Assembly: GCA_965213675.1 (NCBI GenBank)
Contig: OZ243916.1
Location: 1,056,001 to 1,120,000, forward strand
Reading direction: 5' to 3'
Length of the DNA stretch: 64,000 nt
DNA from: an uncultured Candidatus Binatia bacterium
GTDB lineage: Bacteria > Desulfobacterota > Binatia > UBA9968 > JAJDTQ01
Below, in pieces: positions 59,800-64,000 of the stretch (within the stretch, counting starts at the first letter, position 1; the number at the start of each line of letters is the position of its first letter). Below the pieces are notes generated by a model that ran no database searches, was not told the origin of the DNA, and saw nothing but the letters and a program-made list of their open reading frames with translations. The position numbers were made by a program, and so were the translations under genes.

Positions 59800-59964
59800 C
59801 TAGTGTGGTCTCTGGATAATTCGCGTCATAATCTGCGGGTCTTTTTCGCCGTCGGCTGCGTTGCTCTTCCTCGCGTGGTACACGCCACTGCTCGTCATCG
59901 CGCCTTGCCGACAACAAAAAATCCTCCGCAGATTATGACCCGAATTAACCAGACACCACACTAG
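59800..59964. mobile_element. 165-bp MITE-like hairpin element, type A copy 2
   Basis: CTAG on both sides; near-identical to 352-516. Confidence 0.8.
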
Positions 59965-60388
59965 CGTCATGCAGGGGCGACCGCCGATCGCCTTTACGTA
60001 GATCATTCCCACCTGAGCTGTCCGGTGGGGCGAGGGCGGCGTCTACGCGCCCGTTGACGGGAATCGGATGGACCCGTTCCACCTGAACCGCCCCATCACC
60101 GAACAAAGGCCAACGGGAGTCGTCCGTGCATGGACCCCATCCACAGCTCGCGGTGGAAGGACCGCAAAGACCGATGGGACTTCCTCCACGACGGTCGTAA
60201 CCCGTACGCGCGTCGACAGGCCGCGGCCCGGCCAGCCAGATCGGAATTGCCGGCGCAAGGGCCTTGGCGCGCGTTGACAGGCCGCGGCCCCTTGGCTAAC
60301 GTTCCGTTCGTGCATGGGGCGGACACGGCAGCCCCGGCAGAATGCGCAAGGCGCGGGCCGCGGCCGCCGCGATTGAAAGGATCCCGTC

Positions 60389-61546
60389 ATGGCACACGAG
60401 TACAACGTCATTTCGGCCGACGGCCACATCGACCTCAATCCCGACATTTGGCGCGACCGGGTGGCCGTGCCCATGCGCGAGCGCGCCCCCAGGCGCGTGA
60501 AAATGCCCAACGGCTCGGACGCCGTGGTGGTGGACGGTGGCGAGCCCAACACCATCGGCGTCACCCGAAGCGTGCGCGTCCACAAGGAGGACATGGCCAC
60601 GCAGGTGCCCACCTTCGAGACCTGCGCGGGCACCGGGCCGCCTTCGCAGCGCCTTGAGGAACAGGATCGGGACGGCATCGACGCGGAGGTGGTGTTCTCG
60701 CAGATCTCCTTCGTGCTGGAGCAGGCCAGGGACCGCGAACTCTATTGCGAACTGGTGCGCGCCTACAACGAATTCCTTGGGGAGGAATACATGGCGCCGG
60801 CGCCCGACCGGATCATTCCCATGGGCGTCATTCCCACCAGCGGCATCGAAGACGCCGTGCGGGAACTGGAACACTGCGCGAAGCTCGGCCTCAAGGGCGT
60901 CAAGCTCGACAAGTTCCCCAGCGGCCGCGGCTATCCCACGCCCGCGGACGACCGTTTCTGGGCCGCGTCTCTGGACCTGGGCGTCGCCCTCACCAATCAC
61001 AACACCGGCAACATGGGTTCCGGCAAGGGCGGCGAGCCCGCGTTTCCCTACGAACAACGGCCCGGCCCCGACGTGCATGTGAAAGAACCCATGAACTACT
61101 TTTTCCGCTTCACCAACGCGGCCATGGTGGGCGCCGTGCAGATGGCCTTCGCGGGCGTGTGGGACCGCTTCCCGACACTCAAGATGTACTGGGCCGAGAC
61201 CATGATCGGTTGGTTCGAGTACGGCCTGTGGCAGCTCGACGACCACTACCAGCGCTACATGCCCATGATCCACCAGTTCTGGGGACTGCACTATCTGGAC
61301 AGGAAACCCAGCGAATATCTGCGGGAAAACAACTACTGGGGCTTCCTGCACGATCCCATCGGCATCAAGCGGCGCGAGTGCATCGGATACGACAAACTCA
61401 TGTGGGCCACGGATTTCGCCCATGCCGCCAGCGAGTACCCCAACTCCATTCCGGTGATGGAAAAGGACTTCGAGGGCGTGCCCGCCCACGAGAAGCGCGC
61501 CATGCTGGTGGACAACTGCGTCAAGTATTTCGGGCTAAATGCGTGA
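60389..61546 (+). CDS. Amidohydrolase family 2 protein
   Basis: ISADGH, QDRDGI, RAYNE, WATDFAH. Confidence 0.9.
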   Translation: MAHEYNVISADGHIDLNPDIWRDRVAVPMRERAPRRVKMPNGSDAVVVDGGEPNTIGVTRSVRVHKEDMATQVPTFETCAGTGPPSQRLEEQDRDGIDAEVVFSQISFVLEQARDRELYCELVRAYNEFLGEEYMAPAPDRIIPMGVIPTSGIEDAVRELEHCAKLGLKGVKLDKFPSGRGYPTPADDRFWAASLDLGVALTNHNTGNMGSGKGGEPAFPYEQRPGPDVHVKEPMNYFFRFTNAAMVGAVQMAFAGVWDRFPTLKMYWAETMIGWFEYGLWQLDDHYQRYMPMIHQFWGLHYLDRKPSEYLRENNYWGFLHDPIGIKRRECIGYDKLMWATDFAHAASEYPNSIPVMEKDFEGVPAHEKRAMLVDNCVKYFGLNA

Positions 61547-61728
61547 ACGTCGGGCGCAACCAGTGAGATGCAGCGGGGTCCGTATCGACCGGCGCCCACG
61601 CCCGGTGGCGTCAATCTCGCGGAAGCGGGAATGACGATGGGCTGGCGCCTCGACTTCATGTCCATCGCCGTGGATTCCCGCTTCCGCGGGACTGACGGGT
61701 GTGGGGTCAGAGGCATAAAGGACCTGCC

Positions 61729-62763
61729 GTGAACGATGTCGGCACCACTCACGAGGACCTGGAGCAATACCTGGCCGCCCACCACTTGGTGGGGGCGGGC
61801 CTGCGGCGCGAGGGCATGGCGCCGCCGCGCACCAGCGTCACCGGCGCCCACTGGCGCTGGGAAGGCATCCGCAAGGGGCTCATGCGCTCCGGCGAGATCG
61901 TCACCGTGGGACCCGACGGCATGACCGGCATGCGCTCGGTCACGGGCATCGAAGCCACCCGATTTCCCATCTGGATGAACGTGCAGATCCTCATGCCCGG
62001 CGAACGCACCCAGGGACACCGCAATACCCGCAGCGAGACGCGGCTGGTGTGCGAGGCGCCCAAGGAGGCCGCGTTCGTATGCGAGCACGAGGCGTTCCCC
62101 ATGGAGCGGGGCGACGTGATCATCAGCCCGTCCTGGACCTACCACGACCACTGGAACCAGGGCGCCACTCCCGCCCTCTACGTCGACGGCTACGACAACG
62201 GCTACAACGGCGGCGTGAACCTGAACGAGCGGCTGCCGGTGGACAACCCCTACCAGGAGATCCGCAAGCCCGCGGGCTACGGCGCGCGCACCCGCGGCCT
62301 CGCCCGGCCCATGGCCGGCGGACGGCCCTTTCCGCTGCCGCCCATGCGCTATCCCTGGGCCGAGACCCGCGCCTGCCTGAGCGCCCTCCAGGAAGCCGGC
62401 GAGGAAGACCCGTGCGAGGGCGCGCACCTGATGCTCGCGAGCCCTGTGGACGGCGGCTCCACGCTCCCCACCCTCGCGTGGCACGGGCAGCTCCTGCGGC
62501 CCGGCCAGACCACCCGGAGCCACCGCCACAACAGCAACACCTTCTACCACGCCTTCGAAGGAGCCGGCGCCGTGGTCATCGAGGGCGAGCGGCTGGAGTG
62601 GAACCAGGGGGACATCTTCGCGGTGCCGGCGTGGTCGTGGCATCATCACGAGAACGGCCCGGATGGCGAAACCATCCTGTTCTCCATCGATGACTGGCCC
62701 GCGCAGACCAAACTCGGCTTCTACATGAAGGAGACCGCGCCGGCCGGTCGCCAGGACGGGTAG
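61729..62763 (+). CDS. Gentisate 1,2-dioxygenase-like bicupin (divergent)
   Basis: QILMPGE..HRN, GDVIISPSWTYHDH, HRHN, VPAWSWH. Confidence 0.82.
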   Translation: MNDVGTTHEDLEQYLAAHHLVGAGLRREGMAPPRTSVTGAHWRWEGIRKGLMRSGEIVTVGPDGMTGMRSVTGIEATRFPIWMNVQILMPGERTQGHRNTRSETRLVCEAPKEAAFVCEHEAFPMERGDVIISPSWTYHDHWNQGATPALYVDGYDNGYNGGVNLNERLPVDNPYQEIRKPAGYGARTRGLARPMAGGRPFPLPPMRYPWAETRACLSALQEAGEEDPCEGAHLMLASPVDGGSTLPTLAWHGQLLRPGQTTRSHRHNSNTFYHAFEGAGAVVIEGERLEWNQGDIFAVPAWSWHHHENGPDGETILFSIDDWPAQTKLGFYMKETAPAGRQDG

Positions 62764-62865
62764 ACGGCACCGCCCGGGCAAACGAAACCCCAAGGTTGCA
62801 GAAGCTGGAAGCAAGGAGAGGACCGGGAGGCAAGTGGGATGGGATTTGCAAGGAGCGGGTTGTTG

Positions 62866-62930
62866 GGGAATGACGCTTCGTAGGCCGTGTTTCGAATCGC
62901 TCTCCACGAACTTTCTTGCAACATTGGGGG
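62866..62930 (+). repeat. REP half + conserved tail, copy 3
   Basis: gggaatgacgcttcgtaggccgtgtttcgaatcgctctccacgaac...tgcaacattgggg. Confidence 0.7.
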
Positions 62931-62988
62931 AAACACATCCGCGACGGCGCCGAAACAGGCAACACGAAACAGGAAAGGTGGACGACCC

Positions 62989-63942
62989 ATGGCGAACCCC
63001 AAGCTCCGTCTCGGCTTCCGCGAACCGGAGGTGGACACCAACCGGCCCTTTGTCGACGGCACCGTTCGGGTGGAGGGCTTCGATCTGGAGATCAGCGACT
63101 TCCACGGCGCGGAAACCATCGATGCCTGGGACGCGAGCTTCGGCGGCCTCATGCGCACCAAGGGCAAGGGCAACCACCCCTACGTCTCGATCCCCGCCTA
63201 CCCCAACCGCAAGTTCCGCATCGCCTACATCTTCGTAAGCACCGCCTCCGGCATCGACGGCCCCAGGGACCTGGAAGGGAAACGCGTATACGTGAGCAGC
63301 ACCGCCGGCGTGTGGGCGCGCGGCGCGCTGCAGAATTACTACGGCGTGGACCTGGCCCGCGTCCGCTGGTGCATGCCCCATCCCGAGGCCGCAAGCTGGG
63401 GGGAAGGCGTCGAGGTGGAGCCCCTGCCGCACATCTCCGGGCCGGAGCCCGGGCCGCTGGACGAACTGTTGCTGTCCGGCCAGGTGGACGCAGTCATCGA
63501 GCCCAACGTGCTGCCGTCGATCAGCCGCCGTGACCCGCGCGTCCGGCGCCTGTTCCCGGACTACAAGAACGAGGAACTGAACTACTACAAGGCCACCGGG
63601 ATCTTCCCCGTCAGCCACATGGTGACCCTCAAGCAGGACTTCGTGGACCATTACCCGCACGCGCCGGTGGCGCTCCTCAAGGCGTACCGCCAAGCGCGCG
63701 ACGTAGCCATGGACCGGCTCTACGGCACCGACCCCGAAGTTCTCATCACCTCGTGGGTCGCCGCGGCCATCGACGAGCAGCGCGCCGTCATGGGCGAGAA
63801 CTACTGGTCCTACAACATCCAGGACAACGTCACCTCACTGGAGGCCATGATGACCTTCGCACACCAGTTCGGCCTGACGCAGGAGAAGCTCGACTACCAG
63901 GACTTCTTCCATCCGGAGGCAGCGGCGCTGGAGGGAGTTTAG
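62989..63942 (+). CDS. 4,5-dihydroxyphthalate decarboxylase-like (Pht5/SBP-fold) protein
   Basis: IPAYPNRKFR, TAGVWARG.L, Y..TGIFP..H. Confidence 0.78.
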   Translation: MANPKLRLGFREPEVDTNRPFVDGTVRVEGFDLEISDFHGAETIDAWDASFGGLMRTKGKGNHPYVSIPAYPNRKFRIAYIFVSTASGIDGPRDLEGKRVYVSSTAGVWARGALQNYYGVDLARVRWCMPHPEAASWGEGVEVEPLPHISGPEPGPLDELLLSGQVDAVIEPNVLPSISRRDPRVRRLFPDYKNEELNYYKATGIFPVSHMVTLKQDFVDHYPHAPVALLKAYRQARDVAMDRLYGTDPEVLITSWVAAAIDEQRAVMGENYWSYNIQDNVTSLEAMMTFAHQFGLTQEKLDYQDFFHPEAAALEGV

Positions 63943-63966
63943 TCTCCCCCGCACGCCCCCCGATTC

Positions 63967-63995
63967 GTCATTCCCGCGGAAGCGGGAATCCAGGG
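63967..63995. repeat. REP palindrome
   Basis: cgtcattcccgcggaagcgggaatccagg. Confidence 0.75.
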
Positions 63996-64000
63996 GCGGT

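Noticed and set aside
60010-60380. Possible riboswitch or small ORF in a long intergenic region
   Set aside because: No recognisable aptamer consensus or convincing coding signal.

Overview
GC-rich bacterial window whose gene content suggests a Binatia/Deltaproteobacteria-like organism, possibly a sponge symbiont (inference only). The left ~15.5 kb is accessory. It holds a lipoprotein, an uncharacterised 3-gene operon ending in a membrane-anchored Lon-type (S16) protease, and two FGE/C-type-lectin surface proteins. One of these is a caspase-PG-binding-FGE fusion whose 3' end looks like a DGR variable region, although no RT or template repeat is in the window. The region also carries a DUF1640-like repeat protein and IS5 and AAA/PD-(D/E)XK remnants. 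The rest is mostly catabolic: 3 UbiD decarboxylases, 3 amidohydrolase-2 enzymes, 2 gentisate-type cupins, 2 Pht5-like proteins, 2 heme-oxygenase-like diiron enzymes, an orphan Mo-hydroxylase large subunit, nbaC, and Liv/TctC/MFS transporters. It also has mutY, a vapBC-type TA pair and a pspF-pspABC locus with a sigma54 promoter. Intergenic DNA contains several REP families and five ~165-bp CTAG-flanked hairpin elements. No rRNA, tRNA, CRISPR array or reverse transcriptase was recognised. All product calls come from motif recognition, not database searches.
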